A stretch of DNA of 64,000 nucleotides from Hylemonella sp. (GCA_040377375.1 JBEIOV010000004.1:66249-130248), one strand, 5' to 3'. Shown: positions 31,246 through 42,380, counted from the stretch's first letter. Numbers and translations are program-made. The notes: generated from the sequence alone by a model not told the origin.

Positions 31246-32342
31246 GTCAGGCTGGTATCCACAACACGGCGATCAAGTGCCAGAAACTCTTTGGATTGCA
31301 TTTCATTCAGACGGGAAACGGTTCGAGGAAATTCATGAGCCAAGGGTCCTTCGGTATACAACGCTTCCGCAGGAACCTCGGCCGACATGACGAGCTTGAC
31401 CCGCCGATCGTATAGCACATCTACCAGCCAGGTAAAGCGCCGGGCCTCCGACGCCATGCGAACCGGCATGTGAGGTACATCGCTCAAGAACACCGTATGG
31501 AATTGCGAGGCGATCTCTAGATAATCATTTTGGGATCGAGGGCCGCCACACAGTGTTTTGAAGTCAAACCAGACCAGTCCCCCCGCCTTGCGCCGCGCCC
31601 GAATCTGCCGTGCCTCAATATGCAGGATCGGCTCTTCATCCTGAGACTCGGCCAGCTTATCAAATGCCTCGCGCATTTCGGTGTCCGCCTTGGCACCCAG
31701 CGGAACATGATAGAGCCTGATCTGCTCCAGGGTACGGCGGCGGTAGTCCATCCCGTTATCCACATTGACAACTTCGAGCCGTTCATTGAGCAAGGCAATC
31801 GCCGGCAGAATCCTATCCCGGTGCAAACCGCCGGGATACAGATCATCGGGACGAAAATTCGACGTTGTGACGAACCCGACACCGTTGTTGAAGAGCGCCG
31901 CCAGCAAACGGTGAAGAATCATGGCATCCGTGATGTCGGCCACATGAAATTCGTCAAAACAGATCAGTCGGTATTTGTTGGCAATGCGCCTTGCCAGTTC
32001 ATCCAGCGGATTGACTGTCCCCTGCAAATCGGCCAATTCCCGGTGGACCTCGCGCATGAACTCGTGGAAATGCAAACGTGTCTTGCGTTTGAGCGGCACC
32101 GCGCTGTAAAAGCAGTCCATCAAGAAGCTCTTGCCGCGCCCGACACCGCCATACAGGTAAACGCCGCGCGGAATATCAGGCCGGTTGATGAGCTTCTTCA
32201 GAGCATTGGAGCGTTTTTCCTTGAAGACTGACCACTCAGCGGCACATCGGTCCAGTGCGGCAATCGCACGCAACTGCGCGGGGTCACTGATGTAACCCCG
32301 CGCCTTGAGTTCAGCTTGATAAACAGCAAGAACAGATGCCAA
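31242..32342 (-). CDS. zapE: AFG1-like ATPase / cell division factor ZapE
   Basis: It has Walker A GGVGRGKS and Walker B ICFDEFHV. The start is uncertain. The ORF-track start at 32468 would overlap lpdA, so the candidates are TTG at 32342 (MASVLAVYQAELKARGY...) or GTG at 32372. Confidence 0.85.
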   Translation of the reverse strand: MASVLAVYQAELKARGYISDPAQLRAIAALDRCAAEWSVFKEKRSNALKKLINRPDIPRGVYLYGGVGRGKSFLMDCFYSAVPLKRKTRLHFHEFMREVHRELADLQGTVNPLDELARRIANKYRLICFDEFHVADITDAMILHRLLAALFNNGVGFVTTSNFRPDDLYPGGLHRDRILPAIALLNERLEVVNVDNGMDYRRRTLEQIRLYHVPLGAKADTEMREAFDKLAESQDEEPILHIEARQIRARRKAGGLVWFDFKTLCGGPRSQNDYLEIASQFHTVFLSDVPHMPVRMASEARRFTWLVDVLYDRRVKLVMSAEVPAEALYTEGPLAHEFPRTVSRLNEMQSKEFLALDRRVVDTSLT

Positions 32343-32389
32343 ACCGGTGAGCCTGCGTAACGAACGATGCACCAGACAGCGGATGCCGC

Positions 32390-33817
<1,428 letters not shown>

Positions 33818-33957
33818 AGGTATTCCAATCGTTGGTTCAAAGCGTAGCGAGCGGCCTCAGGGCAAGGCGCGGGTGGCAGGCAACCGGAACGTACTTAAAG
33901 TACGTGAGGATTGCCTGAACGGGACCCGCAACGCCGCCATGAGGTCGCGCAGTAGCT

Positions 33958-35214
33958 TCAGATATCAAACAGCAGGCGGGCCGGGTCTTCCAATGCTTCC
34001 TTCATGGCCACCAGCCCCAGCACGGCTTCGCGGCCGTCGATGATGCGGTGGTCATAGCTCATGGCCAGATAGTTGATGGGGCGCACCACCACCTGTCCGT
34101 TCTCGACCACGGCGCGGTCCTTGGTGGCGTGCACGCCCAGGATCGCGCTTTGCGGCGGGTTGATGATGGGGGTGGACAGCATGGAGCCGAACACGCCGCC
34201 GTTGGAAATCGAGAACGTGCCGCCCGTCATCTCTTCGATGCCGAGCTTGCCGTCGCGCGCCTTGGCGCCGTACTCGGCAATCTTCTTCTCGATGTCGGCA
34301 AAGCTCATCTGGTCCGCATTGCGCAGGATCGGCACCACCAGGCCGCGGGGCGAGCCCACGGCGATGCCGATGTCGAAATAGCCGTGGTAAACGATGTCAT
34401 TGCCGTCGACCGAGGCATTGAGCACCGGATACTTCTTCAGGGCGTGCACCGCGGCTTTGACAAAGAAGCTCATGAAACCGATCTTGACGCCATGTTCCTT
34501 CTCGAACTTGTCCTGGAAGCGCTTGCGCATTTCCATCACCGGCGCCATGTTGACCTCATTGAACGTGGTCAGGATGGCATTGCTGGACTGCGATTGCAGC
34601 AGACGCTCGGCCACACGGGCGCGCAGGCGGCTCATCGGCACGCGCTGCTCGGGGCGATCGCCCAAAGCCACGGGCCGGGTCGCAACCTGAGGCAAAGAAG
34701 TGGCTGGAACGCCTGTCGGAATAGCGGCAGCAGCTACAGTTTTTGTAGCAGATCCGGCGGCCACCGCGCTCAGAACATCCCCCTTGATAACGCGACCGTC
34801 CTTGCCGGTTCCCGGCACGGAACCAGGAGCCAAGTTGCTGTCGGCCATCAGCTTGGCAGCGGCCGGCATTGCCACGCCGGCCCGGGAACTGCCAGCCGAT
34901 GCCGCAGCCTGCGCGGGTGCCGCCACTGGTGCAGACGCCGCGGGCGCCGGCGACGTCACGGCACCGGCCTTGCCTTCGGTGTCAATGCGGGCAATCAACT
35001 GCTCGGCCACCACCGTGCCGCCGTCCTCAACCAGCACCTCGGCCAGCACGCCGGCAGCGGGCGCCGGCACTTCGAGCACGACCTTGTCGGTTTCGATCTC
35101 AATCAGGATTTCATCCATGGCGACCGCGTCGCCGACCTTCTTCTTCCACTGCAACATCGTTGCCTCAGCCACTGATTCAGACAGCTGCGGCACTTTGACT
35201 TCTACGATAGCCAT
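33958..35214 (-). CDS. sucB: Dihydrolipoyllysine-residue succinyltransferase (E2 of 2-oxoglutarate dehydrogenase)
   Basis: It has the lipoyl domain [14 protein letters not shown], an Ala/Pro linker and the catalytic block [11 protein letters not shown]. Confidence 0.95.
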   Translation of the reverse strand: MAIVEVKVPQLSESVAEATMLQWKKKVGDAVAMDEILIEIETDKVVLEVPAPAAGVLAEVLVEDGGTVVAEQLIARIDTEGKAGAVTSPAPAASAPVAAPAQAAASAGSSRAGVAMPAAAKLMADSNLAPGSVPGTGKDGRVIKGDVLSAVAAGSATKTVAAAAIPTGVPATSLPQVATRPVALGDRPEQRVPMSRLRARVAERLLQSQSSNAILTTFNEVNMAPVMEMRKRFQDKFEKEHGVKIGFMSFFVKAAVHALKKYPVLNASVDGNDIVYHGYFDIGIAVGSPRGLVVPILRNADQMSFADIEKKIAEYGAKARDGKLGIEEMTGGTFSISNGGVFGSMLSTPIINPPQSAILGVHATKDRAVVENGQVVVRPINYLAMSYDHRIIDGREAVLGLVAMKEALEDPARLLFDI

Positions 35215-35261
35215 ATCAATTCTTTCCGTAATTTTTGTTCAAGGTAGCGGGTCCAAAACCC

Positions 35262-38156
35262 TTACTTGCTCAGGACAAAACCCTTGAGCTTGCCAAACGC
35301 GCCATCCACCAGGGCCTTTTGCTGCTCCTGATGCAGGTGCGAGTAACCAACCGCCGGAGAAGCGGAGGCGGCACGGCCCGAGTAACCGAGTTTCTGACCT
35401 TCGATCATGTTCTCGTGAATGTAGTGCTGCACAAAGAACCAGGCTCCCTGGTTTTGCGGCTCGTCCTGGCACCACACCACTTCAGTGAGGTTGGGGTACT
35501 TCTTGAGTTCGGTGGCGAACGCCTTGTGGGGGAACGGATAGAGTTGCTCCACACGCAAAATCGCCACGTCGTCCGCGCCCTTTTCCTCACGCTTCTTGAC
35601 CAGGTCGTAATAGACCTTGCCCGAGCAGGCAACCACGCGCTTGACCTTGTCGGCCTTCAGTTCCTTGTGCTCCGGGATGATCGTCTGGAAGCCGCCCTTG
35701 GTGAACTCTGACAGCGGCGAGGTCGCGTCCTTGTTTCTCAACAGCGACTTGGGCGTCATGATGATCAGGGGCTTGCGCAGATTGCGCACCATCTGGCGCC
35801 GCAGCACATGGAAAATCTGGCTGGCCGTGGTGGGCTGGACCACCTGCATATTGGTGTCCGCGCTCAGCTGCATGAAGCGCTCCAGACGCGCCGAGCTGTG
35901 TTCAGGGCCTTGCCCCTCGTAGCCGTGGGGCAGCATCAATGTGATGCCATTGACCCGGCCCCACTTGACCTCGCCCGAGGCGATGAACTGGTCGATGAGG
36001 ACCTGCGCGCCGTTCACGAAGTCGCCAAACTGCGCCTCCCAGATCACCAGTGTATTGGGGTCGTTGGAAGCATAGCCGTACTCAAAACCCAATACCGCTT
36101 CTTCTGACAGGATGGAATCGATCACCACAAACGGCGCCTGGTTTTCGGCCACGTTTTGCAGCGGGGTATAGGTTCCGGTATCCCACTTCTCACGACTCTG
36201 GTCGTGAATCACCGCATGGCGGTGGGTGAAGGTGCCGCGACCGCAGTCCTCGCCCGACAAACGCACCGGGTAGCCGCTGGCCACCAGTGAAGCAAACGCC
36301 ATGTGCTCGCCCATGCCCCAGTCCACCGGGATGTCGCCGCGTCCCATGGCGGCCCGGTCGTCATAGACTTTCTTCACCAGCTGATGGGGGGTCACGGTGG
36401 CCGGAATGGTCGTTATTTTCTCGGCCAGACGCTTCCACTCGGCCATGGGAATGGCCGTGTCACCGGCATCGGTCCATTTCTTGCCGAGGTAAGGGCTCCA
36501 GTCCACCGCATACTTGCTCTTGAAGTTGGTCAGCACCGGGTCCACCGTGTGCTTGCCAGCGTCCATGGCGGCGCGATAGGCCCGGACCATGTCGTCACCG
36601 AGCGTGTCGCCCAAGCCCTGCGCCGCGAGCTTGTCCGCATACAGTTTGCGGGTGCCGGGATGGGCCGCGATCTTCTTGTACATCAGCGGCTGGGTCAGCG
36701 AGGGCGTGTCCTGCTCGTTGTGGCCCAGTTTTCGAAAGCAGATGATGTCCACCACCACGTCCTTGCGGAACTCCATGCGGAATTCCAGTGCCAGCCGGGT
36801 GGCCAGCACCACGGCCTCCGGATCGTCCCCATTGACATGCAGCACCGGGGACTCGATCATTTTCACGATGTCGGTGCAATACAAGGTCGAGCGGCTATCG
36901 CGTGGATCGCTGGTGGTAAAACCAATCTGGTTATTGATGACGATGTGCACCGTGCCGCCCGTGAAATAGCCACGGGTCTCGGCCAGTGCCAGGGTCTCCA
37001 TCACCACACCCTGGCCCGCGAAAGCCGCGTCGCCATGCACCAGCACCGGCAAGACCTGCTTTCCCTGCGGATCGGCGCGGCGATCCATGCGGGCGCGCAC
37101 AGAGCCTTCCACCACCGGATTCACGATTTCCAGGTGGGAGGGGTTGAACGCCAGACTCAGGTGCACCGGCCCGCCAGGGGTCGTCACGTCGGAGCTGAAG
37201 CCCTGATGGTATTTGACGTCACCGCTGGGAAGCTCCTCCGGCGCGGTATGGTCGAACTCGGCAAACAGGTCCGCCGGCATCTTGCCCAGAGAATTCACCA
37301 GCACGTTGAGGCGGCCACGGTGGGCCATGCCGATCACGATCTCCTGCACGCCACGCTCGCCCGCGTCCTGGATCAACTCGTCCATGGAGGCGATGAAGCT
37401 TTCTCCGCCTTCGAGCGAGAAGCGCTTTTGGCCCACGTACTTGGTATGCAGGAAACGCTCCAGTCCCTCCGCCGCGGTCAGGCGATCGAGAATGTGCTTT
37501 TTCTTCTCAACCCCGAAATTGGGCTTGCTGCGCATGCCCTCCAACTTTTGCTGCCACCAGCGCTTTTGCGCCTGCTCGGTGGTGTACATGTACTCGGCGC
37601 CAATGGTGCCGCAGTAGGTTTCGCGCAGCGCGTTGAGCAGCTCGCGCAGCGACATGCTGTCCTTGCCGAAAAACGTGTTGCTGGTGTTGAACACGGTTTC
37701 CTGGTCGGCATCGTTGAAGCCGTAGAAAGAAGGTTCGAGTTCGGGAATGGTCGGGCGCTCGGTGCGCTTGAGCGGATCCAGATCAGCCCAGCGCTGGCCC
37801 ACATTGCGGTAGGCGGCAATCAGCTGCTGCACCGCGGTGCGCTTGCGGCCCATTTCGGAGTCGGCGCCCGTCGCCATGACAACCCTGGTGCCGCCCTGTT
37901 TGGCACGCTCGGCAAAGGCATTGACCACCGGCAGATGAGGCACATCCTTGGCATTGCTGCCATCGGCCGCGGGAACGTGCTGAAGCGCATCGAAATAGTC
38001 GCGCCAGTTGTTCGGCACGCTACCGGGATTGGCAAGGTAGTTTTCGTACATCTCTTCGACGTACGGGGCATTGCCACCAAAAAGATAGGTGTTGCCTAAA
38101 TAGGTCTGGTAAACAGACGACGTCTGGTTCGCCCCTGGGGACGTGGCTTCATTCAT
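35262..38156 (-). CDS. sucA: 2-oxoglutarate dehydrogenase E1 component
   Basis: 964 aa. The N-terminus YLFGGNAPYVEEMYENYL is typical of SucA, and the protein has TPP-dependent E1 architecture. Confidence 0.97.
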   Translation of the reverse strand: MNEATSPGANQTSSVYQTYLGNTYLFGGNAPYVEEMYENYLANPGSVPNNWRDYFDALQHVPAADGSNAKDVPHLPVVNAFAERAKQGGTRVVMATGADSEMGRKRTAVQQLIAAYRNVGQRWADLDPLKRTERPTIPELEPSFYGFNDADQETVFNTSNTFFGKDSMSLRELLNALRETYCGTIGAEYMYTTEQAQKRWWQQKLEGMRSKPNFGVEKKKHILDRLTAAEGLERFLHTKYVGQKRFSLEGGESFIASMDELIQDAGERGVQEIVIGMAHRGRLNVLVNSLGKMPADLFAEFDHTAPEELPSGDVKYHQGFSSDVTTPGGPVHLSLAFNPSHLEIVNPVVEGSVRARMDRRADPQGKQVLPVLVHGDAAFAGQGVVMETLALAETRGYFTGGTVHIVINNQIGFTTSDPRDSRSTLYCTDIVKMIESPVLHVNGDDPEAVVLATRLALEFRMEFRKDVVVDIICFRKLGHNEQDTPSLTQPLMYKKIAAHPGTRKLYADKLAAQGLGDTLGDDMVRAYRAAMDAGKHTVDPVLTNFKSKYAVDWSPYLGKKWTDAGDTAIPMAEWKRLAEKITTIPATVTPHQLVKKVYDDRAAMGRGDIPVDWGMGEHMAFASLVASGYPVRLSGEDCGRGTFTHRHAVIHDQSREKWDTGTYTPLQNVAENQAPFVVIDSILSEEAVLGFEYGYASNDPNTLVIWEAQFGDFVNGAQVLIDQFIASGEVKWGRVNGITLMLPHGYEGQGPEHSSARLERFMQLSADTNMQVVQPTTASQIFHVLRRQMVRNLRKPLIIMTPKSLLRNKDATSPLSEFTKGGFQTIIPEHKELKADKVKRVVACSGKVYYDLVKKREEKGADDVAILRVEQLYPFPHKAFATELKKYPNLTEVVWCQDEPQNQGAWFFVQHYIHENMIEGQKLGYSGRAASASPAVGYSHLHQEQQKALVDGAFGKLKGFVLSK

Positions 38157-38166
38157 ATTCCGCTGA

Positions 38167-38216
38167 CCTCCGTTTCCCTTGAGGAAACATTAGCTGGTTA
38201 AAGCTTGTTAATTAAC
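38167..38216 (-). promoter_or_regulatory. sucA leader: hairpin abutting the SD plus an AT-rich 10-bp palindrome (possible instance of the Burkholderiales sucA RNA motif)
   Basis: On the minus strand, GUUUCC-UCAAG-GGAAAC (plus coordinates 38172-38188) sits immediately 5' of the GGAGG SD (38167-38171). The palindrome GTTAATTAAC is at 38207-38216. Confidence 0.35.
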
Positions 38217-38424
38217 CTTCCGCGGCACGGCTGAACCGATTGGCGGATGCGACTGTGGCGTGGGGAAGGGCCTAGTACGGACGCGATTGTGCCATCGAAT
38301 TCATCCAGTTGGGTGAAAAGGGGATCATTTCCCAGCATGCCCATCCGCGCATCTGGCAGCACCGCGCCACCCGGCGCGCCCCTTGCCTGCGCCCCGCAGC
38401 CCCAAATGGGTCCCATGCAAGTGG

Positions 38425-40320
38425 TCACGCCAGCAGACTCCTGATCTGCTGCAGGGCAGCCGGATCGTCCAAGGTGGTCAGATCGCCCGGATCGCGGCCT
38501 TCGCACACGGCCTGAATGGCACGGCGCAGCAGCTTGCCGCTGCGGGTCTTGGGCAGCAGGGCAACCAGGAACACCCGCGACGGCCGGGCCACGGCACCGA
38601 GCTGGCTGTCCACCACCTTCATGATCTCGCCTTCGAGCTTGAGCCGCGCCGCATCGTCGCTCAGGCCACTGGCGTCCTTGACCACGGCAAAAGCCATGGC
38701 CACCTGCCCCTTGAGCTGGTCGGCCACACCGACCACGGCCACTTCGGCCACATTGGGGTGGCTGGAGATGCACTCTTCGATTTCACGCGTTCCCAGACGG
38801 TGGCCGGCCACATTGATCACGTCGTCGGTGCGCCCCAGAATGAAGAAGTAACCGTCCTTGTCGCGAATGCCCCAGTCGAACGTGCTGTAGATCAGCTTGC
38901 CCGGAATGCTGTTCCAGTAGGTCTTGACGAAACGCGCATCGTCGCGCCACACGGTTTGCATGCAGCCCGGCGGCAGCGGCCCCTCGATGGCCACCACGCC
39001 TTTCTGGTTCGCGCCCTTGAGCTCTTCCCCCGTGTTTTCGTCGAGCAGCTTCACGTCGTAGCCATACATCGCCACCCCGGGGCTGCCGAACTTGCTGGGC
39101 GCCTTTTCCACGCCATTGGCAATCGTCAGAATCGGCCAGCCGGTCTCGGTCTGCCAGTAGTTGTCGATGATGGGGACACCCAGTCCCTGGCTGATCCATT
39201 GCGCCGTGGGCTCATCCAGCGGCTCGCCCGCCAGATACAGCGCCTTCAGGCTGGAAATGTCATGTTTGCGCAGGAAGGCCGGGTCCTGTTTCTTGAGAAC
39301 CCGCACGGCCGTGGGCGCCGAGAACATGCGTGTCACCCGGTATTTCTCCACCAGTTGCCACCAGATGCCGGCGTCCGGCCGGGTCGGCAAGCCTTCGTAC
39401 ATGATGGTGGCCATGCCGGCAATCAGCGGGCCATAGACGATGTAGCTGTGACCCACCACCCAGCCGATGTCGCTGGTGGAGAAATAGGTTTCCCCCGGCT
39501 TGCCCTCGAAGATGTACTTCATGCTGGCCGCCAGCGCCACCGCGTAGCCGCCGGTGTCGCGCTGCACACCCTTCGGTTTTCCGGTCGTGCCCGAGGTATA
39601 GAGGGTATAGCTGGCATGGGTGGCATCCACCCATTCGCAAGGCACCACGGCGTTCATGTGCTTTTGGCGCAAAGCCCCCCACAGATGGTCGCGGCCAGCT
39701 ACCAAATTCATAGCAGAAAGACGCCGATCCACCAACAGAACGGCTTGCGGCTGGTGGCTGGAGAGGCGAATGGCCTCATCCAGCAGCGGCTTGTATTCCA
39801 CCACCTTGCCGCTGCGCGAACCGGCATCGGCGCTGACCACCACCTTGGGTTCAGCATCCTCGATGCGCGAGGCGAGAGACCCCGAGGCAAAGCCACCAAA
39901 CACCACCGAATGAATGGCCCCAATGCGGACACAGGCCAGCATGGCAAACGCAGCCTCGGCAATCATGGGCATGTAGATCAGCACGCGGTCGCCCTTTTGC
40001 ACGCCCAGCTCCAGCAGGGTGGCTGCCATGCGCTGCACTTCGGCATGCAGTTCGCGAAACGTATATGTCTGCTCCTGGTTTGTTTCAGTGCTGACAAAAA
40101 TCAGGGCCGCCTGGTCGGGTCGATCCTGGAGATGGCGGTCCACCGCGTTGTGGCACAAATTGGTGATGCCACCCGCGTACCAGCGGGCAAATGGTGGATT
40201 GCTGTAGTCGCAAATCTGCTGCGGCGGCACTTGCCAGTCAATCAGTTGTGCTTGCTCCGCCCAGAAAGCGTCACGATTCTCAAGGGAACGACGGTGGAAT
40301 TCAGCATAGGCACCCATCAT
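38425..40320 (-). CDS. prpE: Propionate--CoA ligase (acyl-CoA synthetase, PrpE-type)
   Basis: The N-terminus YAEFHRRSLENRDAFWAEQAQLIDWQVPP...NPPFARWYAGGITNLCHNAVDRHL parallels E. coli PrpE. It has the AMP-binding motif YTSGTTGKPKG. The start is ATGATG at 40320/40317, after GGAGA. Confidence 0.88.
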   Translation of the reverse strand: MMGAYAEFHRRSLENRDAFWAEQAQLIDWQVPPQQICDYSNPPFARWYAGGITNLCHNAVDRHLQDRPDQAALIFVSTETNQEQTYTFRELHAEVQRMAATLLELGVQKGDRVLIYMPMIAEAAFAMLACVRIGAIHSVVFGGFASGSLASRIEDAEPKVVVSADAGSRSGKVVEYKPLLDEAIRLSSHQPQAVLLVDRRLSAMNLVAGRDHLWGALRQKHMNAVVPCEWVDATHASYTLYTSGTTGKPKGVQRDTGGYAVALAASMKYIFEGKPGETYFSTSDIGWVVGHSYIVYGPLIAGMATIMYEGLPTRPDAGIWWQLVEKYRVTRMFSAPTAVRVLKKQDPAFLRKHDISSLKALYLAGEPLDEPTAQWISQGLGVPIIDNYWQTETGWPILTIANGVEKAPSKFGSPGVAMYGYDVKLLDENTGEELKGANQKGVVAIEGPLPPGCMQTVWRDDARFVKTYWNSIPGKLIYSTFDWGIRDKDGYFFILGRTDDVINVAGHRLGTREIEECISSHPNVAEVAVVGVADQLKGQVAMAFAVVKDASGLSDDAARLKLEGEIMKVVDSQLGAVARPSRVFLVALLPKTRSGKLLRRAIQAVCEGRDPGDLTTLDDPAALQQIRSLLA

Positions 40321-40406
40321 TAGTCTCCATTTATATCGACAAAACTGAATTCATAATTATGGATGGTGAACTTGCGGCAAACTGACTTGGCTGCACGCCA
40401 CTCATT

Positions 40407-40497
40407 GATGCAAATCATGACCAAGGACACGCCATGCAACTTGATCTGAATCAGGACCGTCTTGAATTGATGCCGCGGCATCAGGATGCAAATCATG
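40407..40497. promoter_or_regulatory. Two copies of the 13-bp motif GATGCAAATCATG, 78 bp apart, flanking a perfect 16-bp palindrome TGATGCCGCGGCATCA; candidate regulator sites upstream of prpE
   Basis: Read directly. The motif copies are at 40407-40419 and 40485-40497, and the palindrome is at 40468-40483. A possible sigma70 -10 element CATAAT (minus strand) lies closer to prpE. Confidence 0.4.
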
Positions 40498-40627
40498 CGC
40501 CAGCCGGCCGTTTCAAGCCAGAGCAGACAAGGTGCTTGAGCCCAACCATGGCCATCGTCCAGCCGCCTGCCGCCTGCCGCCTGCCGAGCATGGATGCACG
40601 ACATGAACCGTCGCCAGGGCAGGAAAA

Positions 40628-41245
40628 CTACTTGATCAATTCCTGAAATGTCTTGAACGCCGGATGTTCGGCGCTGCGCAGCCACTCGAAAGCCACCATT
40701 TCGGTGGTCACCAATTCGGCGCCTGCGGCAGCGAGCCGGTCAAATGCAGCGTCCCGGTTGCGCTCGGTGCGCGAGCCGCAGGCATCGGTGACGACCCACA
40801 CATCAAAGTCATCGTCCAGCAAATCGAGCGCGGTCTGCAACAGGCACACATGGGCTTCGCAACCGGCAATCACCACGGTATTGCGCTGCGCCGCTGCCGC
40901 TGGCGGCGGCTTTTGCAAGTGCTTGGGCAGGCTGCGGGCATTGCCCTGGCGCTCGCGCTCGGGCGGGCGCAGCCAGTCGCTCAGGCCTTCGGCCACGGCG
41001 CTGAACTGCATCTTGGACAGCGTTTTTCCGCCGGATTGCTCGATCAGGCGATGCAACTCGGGCATGTTGTGGCCCAGCCGGGACGGGTTTTGCTCCACCC
41101 CCCACACGGGCAGCTGCAGGGCCTGCGCCATCCGTGCCAGGCGCATGGCATTGGCCAGCACGATCGGTCCCTCGTGAATGGCGGGCATCACATGGGTCTG
41201 GTAATCCACCAGAACAAGGTGGGAGTCTTCGGCATCGAGCAGCAT
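40628..41245 (-). CDS. Isochorismatase-family hydrolase
   Basis: 205 aa. It has the N-terminal beta-strand LVLVDYQ and the catalytic Cys block VIAGCEAHVCLLQT. Confidence 0.8.
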   Translation of the reverse strand: MLLDAEDSHLVLVDYQTHVMPAIHEGPIVLANAMRLARMAQALQLPVWGVEQNPSRLGHNMPELHRLIEQSGGKTLSKMQFSAVAEGLSDWLRPPERERQGNARSLPKHLQKPPPAAAAQRNTVVIAGCEAHVCLLQTALDLLDDDFDVWVVTDACGSRTERNRDAAFDRLAAAGAELVTTEMVAFEWLRSAEHPAFKTFQELIK

Positions 41246-41516
41246 GGCAATGGCATCCAGTCAAAAATCAGGTACGCAGCGCGCAACGTCATTACACCTC
41301 AGTCGGCCTGGCGCTTGCATGCGTGCGGACCTTGGCATGCTATTGCCAGTTCGCTGGTTGCGGCCACGCCGCTGTAGCGCGTTTGCGCCAGACCGCCAGC
41401 GCTGTCCGGCACACCGGCTTCAGCCATGAAAAACACTTCAAAATTTATATAAATCAATGGCTTGCAAGGCTATTGACGAAAAAACTTTAACTTGACACCC
41501 GGCTTTCCGAGCCGCT

Positions 41517-42122
41517 ATGCTACGCCGCATGCGAGTTTGTGCCACCTTTGCCGTTCTTTTGCTTGCCACCAGCGCGCAGGCTGCTCCTGCCAGCCCGGGT
41601 GACGACATGGATCGCTTTCTGGCCGAAAAGGGTCTGCTCGGCAAAATTGAGCAAGTGGGAAAATCCGTCAGCGACAAGGCCTCCGAACTGGTCGTCACGG
41701 CCATGGGCTCCCTGGGTGTGCCTTACCGGCGCGGCGGCAACAGCTTTGAAACCGGTTTCGACTGCAGCGGTTTTGTGCGCGCCATGTATGAACAAACCGT
41801 GGGACTGATCCTGCCCCGGCGTGCCGAGCAGCAAGCCGCCGCCACACAGAAGATCGACCGCACAGACCTGCAGCCCGGCGACCTGGTGTTTTTCAACACC
41901 ATGAAACGCGCCTTCAGCCATGTCGGAATTTATGTGGGTGACAGCAAGTTCATCCACTCCCCCAAGCCCGGCGCCGAGGTTCGGGTAGAGGACATGCGCG
42001 TGGGCTACTGGAGCCGCCGCTTCGATGGCGCGCGCCGGGTGGCAGTCGCCACCACTGAACCAGGCCAAGCCACACCCGGCCAGTTCGCCGCCACGGCAAC
42101 GAACGACTTGCCCCAGCGCTAA
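41517..42122 (+). CDS. NlpC/P60 (C40) peptidoglycan endopeptidase, secreted
   Basis: It has the signal peptide MLRRMRVCATFAVLLLATSAQA, the catalytic Cys block FDCSGFV and the His block HVGIYVG. Confidence 0.85.
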   Translation: MLRRMRVCATFAVLLLATSAQAAPASPGDDMDRFLAEKGLLGKIEQVGKSVSDKASELVVTAMGSLGVPYRRGGNSFETGFDCSGFVRAMYEQTVGLILPRRAEQQAAATQKIDRTDLQPGDLVFFNTMKRAFSHVGIYVGDSKFIHSPKPGAEVRVEDMRVGYWSRRFDGARRVAVATTEPGQATPGQFAATATNDLPQR

Positions 42123-42380
42123 TCCGGTACAGCACAGTTCTGCTATATTTTTTATAGCATGCTGCGCAATCACCATAAGCCCCAATGGGGATTTTCCTCA
42201 TGAAATTCGCGAAAAACCCGCAACTGGCATAGCGCCTGGAAACAACGGCCCCCGCCCAGTGCCGCGGCCCGTGGCGCCGAGGCCCATTCTTTTCATGGCG
42301 CGGCCGCGCGCCAGGACCAGCGCCAGCCACCTGATGGTTCAACGGATAATTCCAGCTTGCCGACGTAACTCCAACCCCCG

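Noticed and set aside
40562-40586. Tandem GCCGCCT x3.6, considered as a possible CRISPR or VNTR-like array.
   Set aside because: The unit is only 7 bp, with fewer than 4 copies, no spacers and no cas genes. It is a simple microsatellite in an intergenic region and is mentioned only as part of the prpE-upstream finding.
41299-41427. A 42-aa minus-strand ORF (MAEAGVPDSAGGLAQTRYSGVAATSELAIACQGPHACKRQAD) in the 271-bp spacer upstream of the NlpC/P60 gene. I considered it as a small Cys-containing peptide or RiPP precursor.
   Set aside because: It has no SD, no adjacent modification or export genes and unremarkable composition. It is probably a chance ORF in a promoter region.
42141-42159. TGCTATA-TTTTT-TATAGCA hairpin just after the NlpC/P60 gene stop, considered as a terminator.
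   Set aside because: The stem is AT-dominated (2 GC pairs of 7) and 7 bp long, with no downstream T-run, so it is too weak for a confident intrinsic terminator call. It may be a protein-binding palindrome, but nothing supports that.
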